DNA of 64,000 nt from Alphaproteobacteria bacterium (lineage in GTDB: Bacteria; Pseudomonadota; Alphaproteobacteria; UBA828). A program made the position numbers and the translations under genes. The stretch covers positions 1,856,001 to 1,920,000 of the forward strand of contig OZ243972.1 of assembly GCA_965214705.1 (NCBI GenBank). The letters run 5' to 3'. The notes under the pieces were generated by a model. It searched no databases and was not told the DNA's origin. It worked only from the letters and a program-made list of their open reading frames with translations. Positions 20,228-32,100 of this stretch are shown one piece after another. The stretch's first letter is position 1, and each line of letters opens with the position of its first letter.

Positions 20228-23200
20228 TTCCCCGGTCCCGGCTCATTCGCAGGGCGGCCTGCTTTTCCTGTTCCTGCGCGACCCTGTTGCGGATCTCCTC
20301 TTCCCGCTCCCGAACTACATCCGGGCCTGCGCCGGCGGCGCCCAGATGGGCGGCGAGTTCGTGTTGCGGCATTTCCTTCCTGATTGCCGCCGCCTCGTCG
20401 AGAACCTCCTTCTCCTTCTGCCCGCAGTCCTGCCGGGCCTGTCGACGCTCCTCGAACGAGTTGGTCGTGACGTCCATCTGCGTCAGAGCGTTCCGCGCGC
20501 GCTCGAACTCCGCGGCCCGTTCGAGGAACGCATGGACCCGATCCCGGTTGAGCGCCCAGCGTTCGTCCCTGGCGAGAAGGCCGTCGACCGTGTCGCGCAG
20601 CCTCTCCGGCAGATGCGGCCTGGCATCGAGCGAGCGGGCGCGCTCCATCAGCGCGGCATAGGCGCGGCTGTCGAAGCCGATCCCGCCCGTCTTCTCCGCC
20701 CACTGCTGCACGACCGAAGACAGCACGTCCGTCTCCCGTGCCTCGACCTCGATCAGCGCGCTGTCGAGGCGGTCCGTTCCCTCGGCCAGCGCCTTGCGCT
20801 CGGCCGGTAAGGCGGCGAGATGGGGCGCATGAGGGGCGTCGTTCGCCAGCATCGCGCGGGCCTCGGCGAGCAGGGGCTCCGCCTGCCGCCGCCAGCCGGT
20901 CAGGGCGACGAGCGTCGCGGGACGCTCGGGGCAGTCCGCCGTCAGCGCGTCAAGCCGTGCGGGCCATTCCCGGATCTGCCGGCAGACCGGTTCGCACCGG
21001 GCGTGATAGTCGAGCCATGAGGCGACAACCTCCTGCGTGCGCGCCGGCAGCGCCGCCTGCGCGGAGAGCGCCTCGGCCCGTGCCATCAGCTCTCCGTAGC
21101 GCGGCACGTGGAACGCCTCGGTCCCGGTCTCGCGCTCCTGCCGGTTTACCTCCTTCGTCAGCCACCCGAATGCCCGGTAGCTGTCTTTCCTTAGCGCATC
21201 GCTGATTTCCTCCGCCGCCTCCCGGACAGCTTCGCGCCCGCCCGGCTCGGCGTCCAGGTAGGGCGCATGGACATCTTCCGGGCGCAGCATGTCCCCGGCC
21301 ATGGCCTCCAGCTTGACCCCTTCCTCGCGCCAGGACTGCCGCGCGGGATGGTCCGGATCGAGCCCGCCGGGCTCGTCCTGCGGCAGGTCCGCCGCCTGCC
21401 ACGCCGCGATACGGCCGGGCAGGGCGCGCACCTCGTCCGCCAGCGCCGTCTGCGCCGTATCGACCTCCCGCCATTCCGCCACCCCGCGCTGCGCCTGCGC
21501 ATCGAGTCCCTCGGCGACCGCGAGCCTTTCGCCAAGCGCCGCTACCTGCCGATAGCCCGGCGCGCAAATCTCCGGGACGACGCTCTCAGCCGCCCGTTCG
21601 CGAAGCGCGTGCCACGCCCGTTCGAACCGCCCGGCATCGTCGAGGAGGCGCGTGCGTTCGAGCATATCGACGGCGTCTTCCAGACCGGCGCGTCCGCCCG
21701 GCATGGCATGGAGGTGTCGGGCCACATCGCGATGCACCACCTCATGGTGTGCCGCCACGCGGTGGGCCGCTTCGCCGTCGGCCTCCACCAGACTCCGGCC
21801 TGCCTGTAGAAGCGCGGCCCCTTCATCGCGCCAGGCAGCATGTTCGGGGAGTTGCTCCACCGGCACTCCTTGCGAGGAGGCCGCCCAGCTGAGCTCCGGC
21901 CAGCGCCGCCAATGGTCCCGGATGCCCTCGACGAGACCGCGTACCTCGCGGTCGTGCGCGAGATGCTCCTCGTGTTTCGCCAGCATGGTGTCGGTGAGGC
22001 GGCGCATGTCCTCCGGCAGGTCCTCGATCTGCGCGAGCGCAGCAGCCTGGGCCATCGTGTCCCTGTAGCCCGGGAGGAGGAACGGAACGGTGTGCGTTGC
22101 CTCGCCCTCCTGCAGAAGCGCCCGCCAGTCCGCAGCCAGCGCCGCGAACTCTTCGGGGTCCACCACGGGGGGCTCGGACAGGTCGATCCCCAGCGCCTCC
22201 AGCGCCCCGTCCTCGCTCCGGTCGTATGCCATGCTCTCGATGAGCGCGTCGCGGTCGTCGGTCAGCAGCAGGAACTCTTCAGAGACCCGGCTGATCTCGA
22301 CATGGAACAGCTCGCGGTCGACCCAGCCGCCCGCGTCCAGCACCGCGATCGCCGCACGCGCCGTCCGGCCCTGCGCAGAATGCACGGTGGAACAGTAGGC
22401 ATGATCGAGATGGCGCAACTGCGGGTCGGCAAGCGCGAGACCGAACTCCCGGCCGCCCTCGCGGAAGAGCACCCGCCTGTAGCCGATCTCCACGATCTCC
22501 GCCTCGCCGCCATTGACCAGGTCCGGCCCCCGGGGATGCCTGCCGCGGCCGGGCGGGGCCTTGCGGTTGCGCGTCCAGCGGATCATATCGCCAGCGCGCA
22601 GCTCGATCCGCTCGGTGTCGCAGACGCTCAGATAGCGCGCCGCATTGCCCGAGGGCCGGAACCGGCGCTCGCCGTCCGCATGGGCCAGCACGACCCTGCC
22701 GTCGTCGTGGCCCATGACGGTGCAGACGTCGTTCGCGCGGCAGCCGAAGACGTCGCGGTGGAACACGACGGTGTCGCCGGGCTCGTAGCTGCGGATATCG
22801 GAAGCCAGCGCACGGGTGAGCCGCCGGTCGACCAGGCGGTCGACGGCCAAGGTGCGGCCCCGCAACACGCCTTCCTCCGCGAGCCCTTCGCGCACCGCCT
22901 CGTTTGCCTGCCGGCGGATTGCGTGCGTGGGGGCGAGGATCAGGGTGTCCGCCCGCTGCTCCGGCGCCAGCGTGAGCCAGCGCCGCGCCGCCTCGATGCC
23001 GAGCTCCTCGCGGGGCGCCTCGCGCACCCGGTTGCCCAGCGCCGCGATCGCCGCGCCCGGCTCCCCCTCCCTGACGCGGCCTACCGTCGCGCGCAGCTCC
23101 GGGTCGCGCTGGCGCAGCACCTCGTCCATGGTCGCCGTCGCCATGCCCGCCTTCTGCAGCAGACGGAAGGGCTGGCCCGCATCCACCGCCCTCAACTGCG

Positions 23201-25043
23201 CGGTGTCGCCCACCAGCGCGACCCGCGCCACGTCCAGATCGCGCGCGATGCGCAGCAGCGCCTCCATGCGCACGGTGTCGATCATCGAGGCCTCGTCCAC
23301 CGCCAGCACCACGCCCCCGTACTCCTCCCGGCCCCGCGCCAGCCGCGCCGGGTCGGAGAGGTCGTTGAAGCGGGTCAGGAAGTGCTGCAGCGTCCGTGAG
23401 GGGATGTCCGCCTCTCTGGCGAGAACCCGTGCGGCGGCGGCCGAGGGCGCAAGGCCCTGTATCGTCCTGTCCCCGAGAAGCGCCTTCACCTCCCTCAGCA
23501 TAGTGGTCTTGCCGCTGCCGGCATGGCCCTGCACGCCGACCGTGAAGTCGTCCGACAGCAGCACCGTGCGGACCGCCTCCCCCTGGCCCTGCGTGAGACG
23601 CGACGCCCCGAGCCGCGCCTCCACGGCATCCGCGCCGGCCAGCGCCATTCCCCGTGAGCGCCCCGCCCGCATCGACGCCAGCACCTGGCGTTCGGCCTTC
23701 ACCGCGCGGTCGGTGACGAAGGCCCGGTCCATGCCCCGGCGTTCCGCCTCGATCAGCTCGCCGCCGGACACGAGCCGCGCGATCGCCGCGTCGACCTGGG
23801 CCAGAGTGTAGCGCCCCGGCGCGTGACCCAGCGCCACCGCCCTGATCTCGGCCTCCGGGACCGCGGTGCGCCTCTCCGCAACATGCGCCACCGCCCGCGC
23901 CACCGCCTCCAGGACTCCGCGCTCCGGTTCCTGCGACAGCTCCGCCGGTGCCGGTGAGCGAGGGGGCGTGGGATTCACCCCCGCCGACGCGGCAACGCCG
24001 TCGCGGGGCTGCCTCGGCAGCGCCGGCAGCGCCGGCGCGCGCTTCAGGCTGCGGATCTCGTTGGGAGGCAGGTCGGGCGCAGGCACGCGCGGCACTCCAA
24101 CCCGCTCGCCGGTCACCGGGTCGAGGGGCCGGGACGGCGTGAGGGCCGTCTTCTCCCGGACCAGACCCAGTGCCCGCGCCCGTTCGCGCCATTCCGGCAC
24201 CAGGTCCGCAAGGCCCTTGTCCTCCTTGCGCCGGCGCGTGTGAAGTGCCGCCATCTGCGTGTGCTTCGCCGTGTAGGACAGGTCCTGGCGCTCCAGGTAC
24301 GCAAGTATCTCGCGGCGCCTGCCCGAGAACGCGTCCAGGAAGGAGCGGTCGTAGCCCGCAAGCTCGAACCCCGGCACCCGTCCCACCAGGCTCGGCGAGA
24401 CGGCCATGCCCAGCGCCTGAAGACGCAGCGCGAGCTCGTTCCGGTAGTACGCCCCGATCAGCTTCTCGCTGCGCCGGATCTTCGTCGGCTCCACGCTCCG
24501 CCATTCCCCGGACGCATTGCGCGTCATGTTGGCCAGCACGCAGTGAGTGTGCAGCTGCGGGTCCTGATCGCGGCTCGCGAGATGCCGGAACCCCGCCACC
24601 ACCATGCCCTCCGCCTTCACCCGGGGACGGCGCCGGGTCGCGGGGTCCCAGCCCCGGGTCTGAAGGAGGTCCGCTTCCACGAAGCCCAGCGTCGCCCGCA
24701 CCGCTTCGTCATGAGCCCGGATCACGCGCCGGTCGCCCATCACCAGCGCCTCCAGCGATACCGACTTGGGCGCCGACAGGGTGATGTCCCAGCCGGGCCG
24801 GTGATCGTGCTCCCCTTCGCGCATCCGGCCGAGACGCAGGTCCGTCCCCGGCACGTATCCCGACAGCACCGATTCGAAGCGCGAGGGACGCACATGGGCC
24901 TTGAGCCCCAGCGCCTTCGCCGCGTCCCCGTACCAGAAGCTGGCCTGGCGGTGCTCGGGATCGTTCTTTGCGTAGTAGCCGTCGCGCTCGTAGTAGGTCA
25001 CCGCCATGGCGGACGAACGAAGCTCCACCACCGTGGCTACCAT
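20228..25043 (-). CDS. MobF (TrwC/TraI-like) relaxase-helicase of the integrated element; last codons displaced to 15737-15749
   Basis: YYERDGYY, DITLSAPKSVS, DPQLHTH, GHAGSGKT, VDEAS, HSAQG. Confidence 0.92.
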
Positions 25044-25085
25044 CGGCTCAGCCCCCGATTACGACCGCGCCGGGACGCCGCCGGA

Positions 25086-25751
25086 TCAACCGGACCATAG
25101 CCATCCGTAGAGGACGTGTATGCGGCTCTCGATCAGCATGCCGAAGACCAGGACGATCAACCATACGAGAACCGTCTTCAGGCCGAACTTCGGGCCGGCC
25201 GTTTGCATGAGGATGTCATAGAGAAGCCCGCGGATCGGACCGGACTGCTGGATGACTTCGGAGCGCGTCGCCGCGAGGCCCTTTTCGATCCTGGCCGCGG
25301 CCTCCCCGATCTCGGCCGCAACCCGGTCCGCGGTGGTTTCCATACCCCGGTCGACGCGGTCTGCTGCCGCTGCCGCCTTCGCCGCCGCTTCCTCGATCCT
25401 GCCGGTTTGTTCTGCGACCGCCGCCGCCGCGTCGTCCTCCCCCGACGCGGCTTCTGCCTGCGCAGCCTCGGCGACACGGGCCACGAGTCCGTCGCCGAAG
25501 GACTCGAGCGCCTCCTGAGTCAGTGGCGCAGGCACTGCCTCAGGCTCCGGCGCTGACCGTTCCGTCGACACCGCTTCTCTCAGACCGGCCACCTGCTCCC
25601 GCAGGTTCCGCACCCCGGTCAGCAGCTCCTCGATCGCGGCCGGATCGATAGTGGGCGCCGGCGGCGAAGCGGGCGGGCCGTCCGCAGGCAGGCTCGCCAG
25701 AAGGTCCGGCCGGCTCGTCCGTCCGCTCTTCCCGTCGCTCTCCGCAGTCAC
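25086..25751 (-). CDS. Hypothetical coiled-coil protein with C-terminal TM helix, just upstream of the relaxase
   Basis: Ala/Glu-rich helix then VLVWLIVLVFGMLI. Confidence 0.65.
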   Translation of the reverse strand: MTAESDGKSGRTSRPDLLASLPADGPPASPPAPTIDPAAIEELLTGVRNLREQVAGLREAVSTERSAPEPEAVPAPLTQEALESFGDGLVARVAEAAQAEAASGEDDAAAAVAEQTGRIEEAAAKAAAAADRVDRGMETTADRVAAEIGEAAARIEKGLAATRSEVIQQSGPIRGLLYDILMQTAGPKFGLKTVLVWLIVLVFGMLIESRIHVLYGWLWSG

Positions 25752-25789
25752 GGCAATTGTCCCTTCTTGCGGTCCACCTCGTGCACCTC

Positions 25790-26040
25790 ATTCATGCCGG
25801 CAGCGCACATGGAGTCCGCCTCACGAAAACCTTTCCCGGCGGGAATCCGTCTCCCCTTCGCAGGCCTGTGGCGTGACCCTTTGCTTCTGCAGTCGCGTCC
25901 CGCTGTCACGCCATTTCTCTCCCCGTTCGGTCGACCTTCGCCCACATCGTTCGTGCCGGCAGCGCACATGGTGAGCGCCTCACAGAAGCCGGTCCTGGCG
26001 GGAATCCGTTTCCCCGGCGGAGGCCTCTGGCGCGACCTCC
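25790..26040. repeat. Imperfect ~90-bp direct repeat
   Basis: tgccggcagcgcacatgg..gcctcac...ggcgggaatccgt..cccc at ~25795 and ~25954. Confidence 0.7.
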
Positions 26041-26516
26041 GGCTTCGCTGCCGGCGGCTCGGTCGGGACCGTGACCGAGGTCACGACCGAGGCTGCAGCG
26101 ATACGTGCCCGCTCCTCGCCCAGCACCGAGGCGAGCGCCAGCCGCAGCTCTTCCGAGCGGCCCGACCCGGCCATCGCAGACGCCCACGCGGCGAACATCA
26201 CCGCGATCCTCTCCTGCATGTCGCGCACAAGGGGACCCGCATCCTCCCCCTCCAGCATCAGCGCGTGAACCTCCCGCAGCGCCTCCAGCTGCTCCCGCTG
26301 CTCGTCCTTTGCCAGCGCCAGCGCGGGCCACTCGTGCCGGGGACCCGCGTCCTCTTCCGATGCGTCCCGCTCCACCAGCCCCAGCAGGTAGCGCGCGATC
26401 GACAGGCCGCGCCGGTCGGCCTTGTTGCGAACGGTCTCCCACTCCGCGTCCGTCGCCGAGATCGAGATGTGCCTGCTCGGCCTGCGCGCCTTCCGCCGAC
26501 GCCGCACCCGTCTCAC
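25980..26516 (-). CDS. RHH/MobC-like accessory protein 3
   Basis: ISISATDAEWETVRNKADRRGLSIARYL; GTGA overlap with upstream gene. Confidence 0.7.
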   Translation of the reverse strand: MRRVRRRRKARRPSRHISISATDAEWETVRNKADRRGLSIARYLLGLVERDASEEDAGPRHEWPALALAKDEQREQLEALREVHALMLEGEDAGPLVRDMQERIAVMFAAWASAMAGSGRSEELRLALASVLGEERARIAAASVVTSVTVPTEPPAAKPEVAPEASAGETDSRQDRLL

Positions 26517-26824
26517 GGCGCACGCTCCCTCGCAAGGACGGAGATCGCGCTCAAAAGGCTCAGCCCGCTGCCCCCCGGAAGCTCGCGCCGGAGAGCCCGC
26601 ACGAATGCCTGCAACTCCCGAACCCCGTCCCGCTGTTCCACCTGTTCCTCTTCCGTGAGCACCAGAGGATGGCGGTCCGGATCGTCGGCGAGCGCGAGAT
26701 CCAGAATATAGCGCGACACGGTCTTCTCCGCCGCCGCCGCGCGCTCCCGGATCATCGCCTGCTCGGCCGGCTTGCAGTGCAGGCTCCGCTGACGCCTGCC
26801 GGGCCGCGCCGCCGACTCCGTCAC
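26513..26824 (-). CDS. RHH/MobC-like accessory protein 2
   Basis: SLHCKPAEQAMIRERAAAAEKTVSRYIL. Confidence 0.7.
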   Translation of the reverse strand: MTESAARPGRRQRSLHCKPAEQAMIRERAAAAEKTVSRYILDLALADDPDRHPLVLTEEEQVEQRDGVRELQAFVRALRRELPGGSGLSLLSAISVLARERAP

Positions 26825-27192
26825 GATCCTTCCTCCTCAGCCGGCACCGCCGCCTTCCAGCGGTTCGCAGCGCCTGGATCGGTGAGCCGGTCCAGCATGC
26901 CCTCCCGATCGATCCATTCGTCCACCGCGTCGCAGGCGTCCTCCCAGGCCGCACCGGCGCCCGCCCCGCGCAGCCGCCTCTCCTCCAGCATGGACATCAC
27001 CAGCATCTCGCGGACCGCCCGGCGCAGAACCTCCGGCGGCAGAGGGTCCCGGTCCAGCGCGCGATGGATCACGAAGCGCGACAGGTCCATGCCGCTCGCC
27101 GCAGCCGCCCGGCCGATGCGTTCCCACTCCGCATCGGTGGCCATGACCGCGCGCTGGCGCCGTCCGCCGGCATCCTCCCTCATGGTGGCCAA
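26821..27192 (-). CDS. RHH/MobC-like accessory protein 1
   Basis: ATDAEWERIGRAAAASGMDLSRFVI. Confidence 0.7.
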   Translation of the reverse strand: MATMREDAGGRRQRAVMATDAEWERIGRAAAASGMDLSRFVIHRALDRDPLPPEVLRRAVREMLVMSMLEERRLRGAGAGAAWEDACDAVDEWIDREGMLDRLTDPGAANRWKAAVPAEEEGS

Positions 27193-27537
27193 CCGCCCGA
27201 CAATACATGCCGCGACCGGGACACGCGTCCCCTAGAGCATGCAGAATATATGACGAAAATCCTATGGCATTCCTCGCGACCGCTAGTATATGCCGCCATT
27301 GTGTCCTCGCAGAGCCGCCCACACTAGTCACAAGACCATACCCGAGCTCTACGCCGATATCCACAACCCACTTCCCCGCGTGCAACTCCTGAGAGACACA
27401 AGATCTGCCATTGTGTTCTCCAACTCCGCCCAATCCGCCCTTGACAAGCATCCTAACCCACTGTAACGTAGTCCACATACGGGAGAAAAGAGCAACCCTG
27501 CGTCAGCCCCGATGCACTGTTAATTCGCCTAGTATAG

Positions 27538-29153
27538 AGCACACCAGCGTCTCGGGCACCACCGGGTCCGGCAAGACGGTGCTGATCTCGGACCTGGTGA
27601 CGCAGATCCGGGCGCGCGGTGAGCGCTGCGTTCTCTACGACAAGATGGGCTCCTACACCCGGTCCTTCTTCGACAAGGACCGGGACGTGCTGCTCAACCC
27701 GCTCGACGCGCGCGCGCCGCGCTGGTCGCCGTTCCTGGAGGCGAGGAACCCGCGCGACTTCGACATGATGGCGGCCGCGCTGATCCCGCAGCAGAAGGAC
27801 ACGGTGGACCCGTTCTGGGTGACGGCGGCGCGCCAGCTCTTCGCCAACGGGGCGGGCGTGCTGCGGGGCAAGGGCGAGACGCGCAACAAGGTCCTGGTCG
27901 ACCACCTGCTCAAGACCGACCTGACGGCCCTGGCCCAGGCCATGGAAGGCACGGTTGCCCAGTCGATCGTCGATCCCGAGAACCCCAAGACCGCGCTCTC
28001 GGTGCGCGCCATGCTGACCGCCAACCTGGGCGCATTGGAGTTCCTGCCCGACGAGGGCAAGCCGTTCTCGATCCGGGAGTGGATATCGGACGAGGAGCGC
28101 GAGGGGTTCCTGTTCCTCACGTCGCGGGGCGACCAGCACGCCAGCCTGCGCGGCCTCATATCCACCTGGCTGGAGATTGCCGTCAACGCGATGCTCTCGC
28201 TCGCCCAGGACGACGGCCGGCGCATCTGGGTGATCCTCGACGAGCTGCCGACGCTGCACCAGGTGCCGTCGCTGCAGCCGGGGCTTGCCGAATCCCGCCA
28301 GTTCGGCGGCTGTTTCGTGCTGGGTGTCCAGGTGGCCTCGGCGCTCCGCGACCTCTACGGCCGCAACGGCGCGGAGACGATCTCGGGGCTCTGCGGAACC
28401 CGTGTCGTGCTGGCGGCGCCGGACCGCGACACCGCGCAATGGTCGGCCGACAGCCTGGGGCGCAGCGAGGTCGAGGAGGTGTCCGAAGGGGTCAGCTACG
28501 GCGCCAACACCATCCGCGACGGGGTGAGCCTGACGCCGCGCCGCGAGCTGCGCGCGCTCGCGCTCCCTTCCGAGATCATGCGGTTGGAAAACCTCGCGGG
28601 CTATCTCAAGTTCCCCGGCCCCTTCCCGGTCGCCTCGATCCGCCTGAAATACGTCGCCCGGCCGAAGGCTGCCGAGCGGTTCGTGCCGCGCGAGGGGGAT
28701 GGCCCGGCGCCCGCCGGGCAGCCGGGCGGTGTCGTGATTCCTCCCGAAACCGGGGATGCAGCGTCCCGCGGGGAGGACGGCATGACGATCCCGGAGCGGG
28801 TGGAAGCAAATCCGTCAGCCGGCGTTGCGCTCCCGGCGCCGGAGGGCGGGCGGACATCCGCCGCGCGCCAGGGTGAGCTCGACCTTCCGCCGCTGCCGGG
28901 AGAGGCCGGGAGCGCGGAAGCGGAGCCCGAGGGACCCGGGAATCGCGGTTCCGGAAAGAAAGACGGCCGGGGCCAACCGCAGGCCGGCGTGGTGACGGCC
29001 GCGGCATCGGAGGCGGACGGGGAAGCTGCGACGGCGGAAGACACGCCGCCGGACGACGGGCTGGAAGCGCAAACCCAGCCGGCCGGGGCGCCCGCGACGG
29101 AGGAGGAAGGCGCGGCGGGGCCGGACGCGGGCCGCGCCTCCGACTGGGCCTGA
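27538..29153 (+). pseudogene. traD: 3' part of TraD/TrwB coupling protein (ATPase domain and acidic tail)
   Basis: GTTGSGKT, LLNPLDAR..RW, DPFW, ILDELPTL, SRQFGG. Confidence 0.93.
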
Positions 29154-29154
29154 C

Positions 29155-32100
29155 ATGCTCTCCATCGGCGCGCTGTCCTCGGCCGCCCAGGGCGCGTCCT
29201 ATTACGAGCGCGACGGCTACTACGCGAAGGACGACCCCGAGCACCGGGAGGCGAGCGGCTGGGCCGGCAAGGGGGCGGAAGAGCTCGGACTGGAGGGTCC
29301 GGTCGACCCCGGCACGTTCAAGGCGGTGCTCGGAGGCAAGGTGCCGGACGGCTCCGGCACCGAGCTCGGCCGGCGCGGCAAGGACGGCGAGATCCTCCAC
29401 CGCCCCGGCCGCGACCTTACCTTCTCGGCCCCGAAATCGGTCTCGCTGGCCGCGCTGGTGGGCGGCGACAGGCGCATCGTCGACGTCCACGACCGCGCCG
29501 TCGCGGCGGCGCTCGACTGGGTGGAGCGGAACGCGGCGGAGACCAGGATGAAGGACCCGGAGACCGGGCGCATGGTGCGCGCCGGCAACCAGAAGATCGT
29601 CGCTGCCACCTTCCGCCACGACACATCCCGCAACCTCGACCCGCAGCTCCACACCCACGCCGTGCTCGCGAACATGGTCAAGGGCGAGGACGGCAAGTGG
29701 CGCTCGATGGCGAACGAGAAGCTCTACGGCTCGAAAATGCTGCTGGGCGCGCTCTACCGGAGCGAACTCGCGCACGGGCTGAAGGACCTTGGTTACGACA
29801 TCGAGAAGACCCATGCCGACGGGCGCTTCGAGATTGCGGGCGTCTCCCGGGAGGCCATCGAGGCGTTCTCGAGCCGTCGCGCCGAGATCGAGGCGGCGAT
29901 GGAAGAGCGCGGGCTGGGTGCTTCGGGCGACAATCCGCGCATCGCGGAGCGGGCCGCGCTGATGACGCGAGCGAAGAAGCGCGACATCGACCGCGACGAA
30001 CTGCGCGGCGTGTGGCAGCGCCAGGCCGCCGATCTCGGCCTCGATGCGGGCGCGCTGGTCGCCGGGGCGGTGGAACGGTCGGTCTCGCCGGAACGGGAAT
30101 GGGCGGTGGAACCGGGCACCGAGCCCGGCGGCCCCCGTGAGCCGGAGGCGCCGGTGCTGCCGGACGTCGAGAATGTACGCGACGGAAGTGCTGCCGCGAC
30201 CCACGCACCGCCGGAAGAGCGAGCGCCTGTCCGGGAAGATGGAGGCGCGCCGGAACGCGCCGCCGCCGCCGACACGGCGCCGGGTTCGCCCGCCGCGAAG
30301 GCCGTTGCCTGGGCGATGGCGCACCTTTCGGAACGCGCGGCGGTGTTCTCGCGGGGCGACCTCTTCACCGCCGCGCTCACCCAGGCGCCGGGCGCGGTCC
30401 TGGTCGGGGACGTGGAACGCGAGGTGGCGGCGCTGGAGAAGGCCGGCGCGCTGCACGCCGTCGACATGCCGGGCGCCGAGAACTCGCTCGCGACGGAGAA
30501 GACCGCCGGCGAGGAGCGCGAGACGGTGGCGCTCATGCAGACGGGCCAGGGCCGGGGGCGCTCGCCGATGCGCGGCTGGCAGGTGCAGGGGCACCTCAAC
30601 AAGGGGCCGCTCACGGCCGGGCAGAAGGAGGCCGTGAAGCTCATCCTCGGCGCGAAGGACCGGACGGTGGGCGTACAGGGCTATGCCGGGACGGGGAAGA
30701 CCACCATGCTCGACCGCGCGCGGACGCTGGCGGAGAAGAAGGGCTGGCGCATGGCGGGCCTCGCGCCATCGGCCTCGGCGGTGCAGACCCTGGCCGCAGA
30801 GGCCGGCATCGAGAGCGAGACGTTGCAGCGCTTCCTCGCGAGGAACGCCGGCGTTGCCGAGGGGCGACTGACGAACAGGGGCGCGAAGGAGATGCGCGCC
30901 GCCTTCGCGAAGACCATCCTCGTGGTGGACGAGGGCTCGCTCGCCTCGACCGTACAGGCGAGAGACCTGCTCCGGATCGCGAACGAGTTCCGCATCCCGC
31001 GCGTGGTGCTGGTGGGCGACGCGAAGCAGCTCGACGCGGTGGACGCCGGCAAGCCCTTCGCCCAGCTCCAGGCCGCCGGGATGAAGACCGCGGTCATGGA
31101 CGAGATCATGCGCCAGCGCGATCCCGAGCTGAAACAGGCGGTCGAGGCGAGCCTCGCCGGCGAGATCGGCAGGGCGTTCGACAAGCTTGGGAACAATGTC
31201 GCGGCGGTGAAAGCGGACAATATCGCCGGCGCGGTGGCCGCGAGATGGCTCGGCCTCTCGAACGAGGCGCGGGAGAACACCGGCGTGATGGCGCCCTCCC
31301 ACGAGCTGCGGCAGGCGATCAACGGGCATATCCGCGAGCGGCTTGCCCGCGAGGGTCGGCTCCACGGTCCCGCCATGCAGGCCGAACGGCTGGTCTCGAA
31401 GGGCTACACCAATGCCGAGAAGTCGCTTGCCGGCAACTATGCGATGGGCGACGTGGTGGCGTTCCATCGGCCGTACAAGCGGATCGGCGTCGAGAAGGGG
31501 GACGAGCGCCGCGTCGCGGGCGTCGATCACAAGGCAGGCGCGGTGATGCTCGATGACGGCAAGGGCGGGAAGGTCGCGTGGAAACCGGAGGAGATCGGCG
31601 GGCGCCGGGGCGGCAGCGAGGTCTACCGGGCCGAGGAAATCGAGCTCCGGGCGGGCGACCGCATTCGCTGGACGCGCAACGACGCCGGCCTCGGGCTGGT
31701 CAACAGCCGCACGGCGGACGTGATCGCGGTGAAGGACGGCCAGGTGACGTTCCGGCTGGAAGATGGGAAGACGCTCGAACTTGGCAAGGGCGACCCGCAG
31801 CTCCGCCATCTCGACCACGCCTGGGCCTCGACCGTGCACGCATTCCAGGGGCGCACGGTGGACAACGTGATCGCCGCGATGGAGGCTCGGCACCCGCATC
31901 TCACCACCCAGAAGAGCTTCTACGTCGAGATCAGCCGCGCCCGGGACCGGGCCGAGCTGGTCACCGACGACGCGGCCGAGCTCCAGGCCCAGCTTCAGGC
32001 CGTGACCGGCGAGCGCATCGCGGCGCTCGAAGGCATCGGCGAGATGAAGCGCGAGGCGGCGGACAGGGCCGCGGACGCGGCCCTGGGCGCGGAGCACGGG

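Larger units (their letters stand above)
15748..20229 (+). mobile_element. Integrase + IS91-type element, copy B (contains IS110)
   Basis: ttgaacgaagccgc...ccttaacctt; empty site restores relaxase end RMSRDRGMSM*. Confidence 0.9.
367..27550. mobile_element. Integrative mobilizable element inserted in traD
   Basis: Direct repeat agcacaccAtcgt-like core: agcacaccatcgt (367-379) / agcacaccagcgt (27538-27550), 12/13 identical; removing the interval restores the traD frame; integrases at one end, relaxase and RHH genes at the other. Confidence 0.85.

Noticed and set aside
27411-27537. Element-supplied replacement N-terminus for TraD
   Set aside because: TTG start without clear RBS and no TM segments; looks like att-arm DNA
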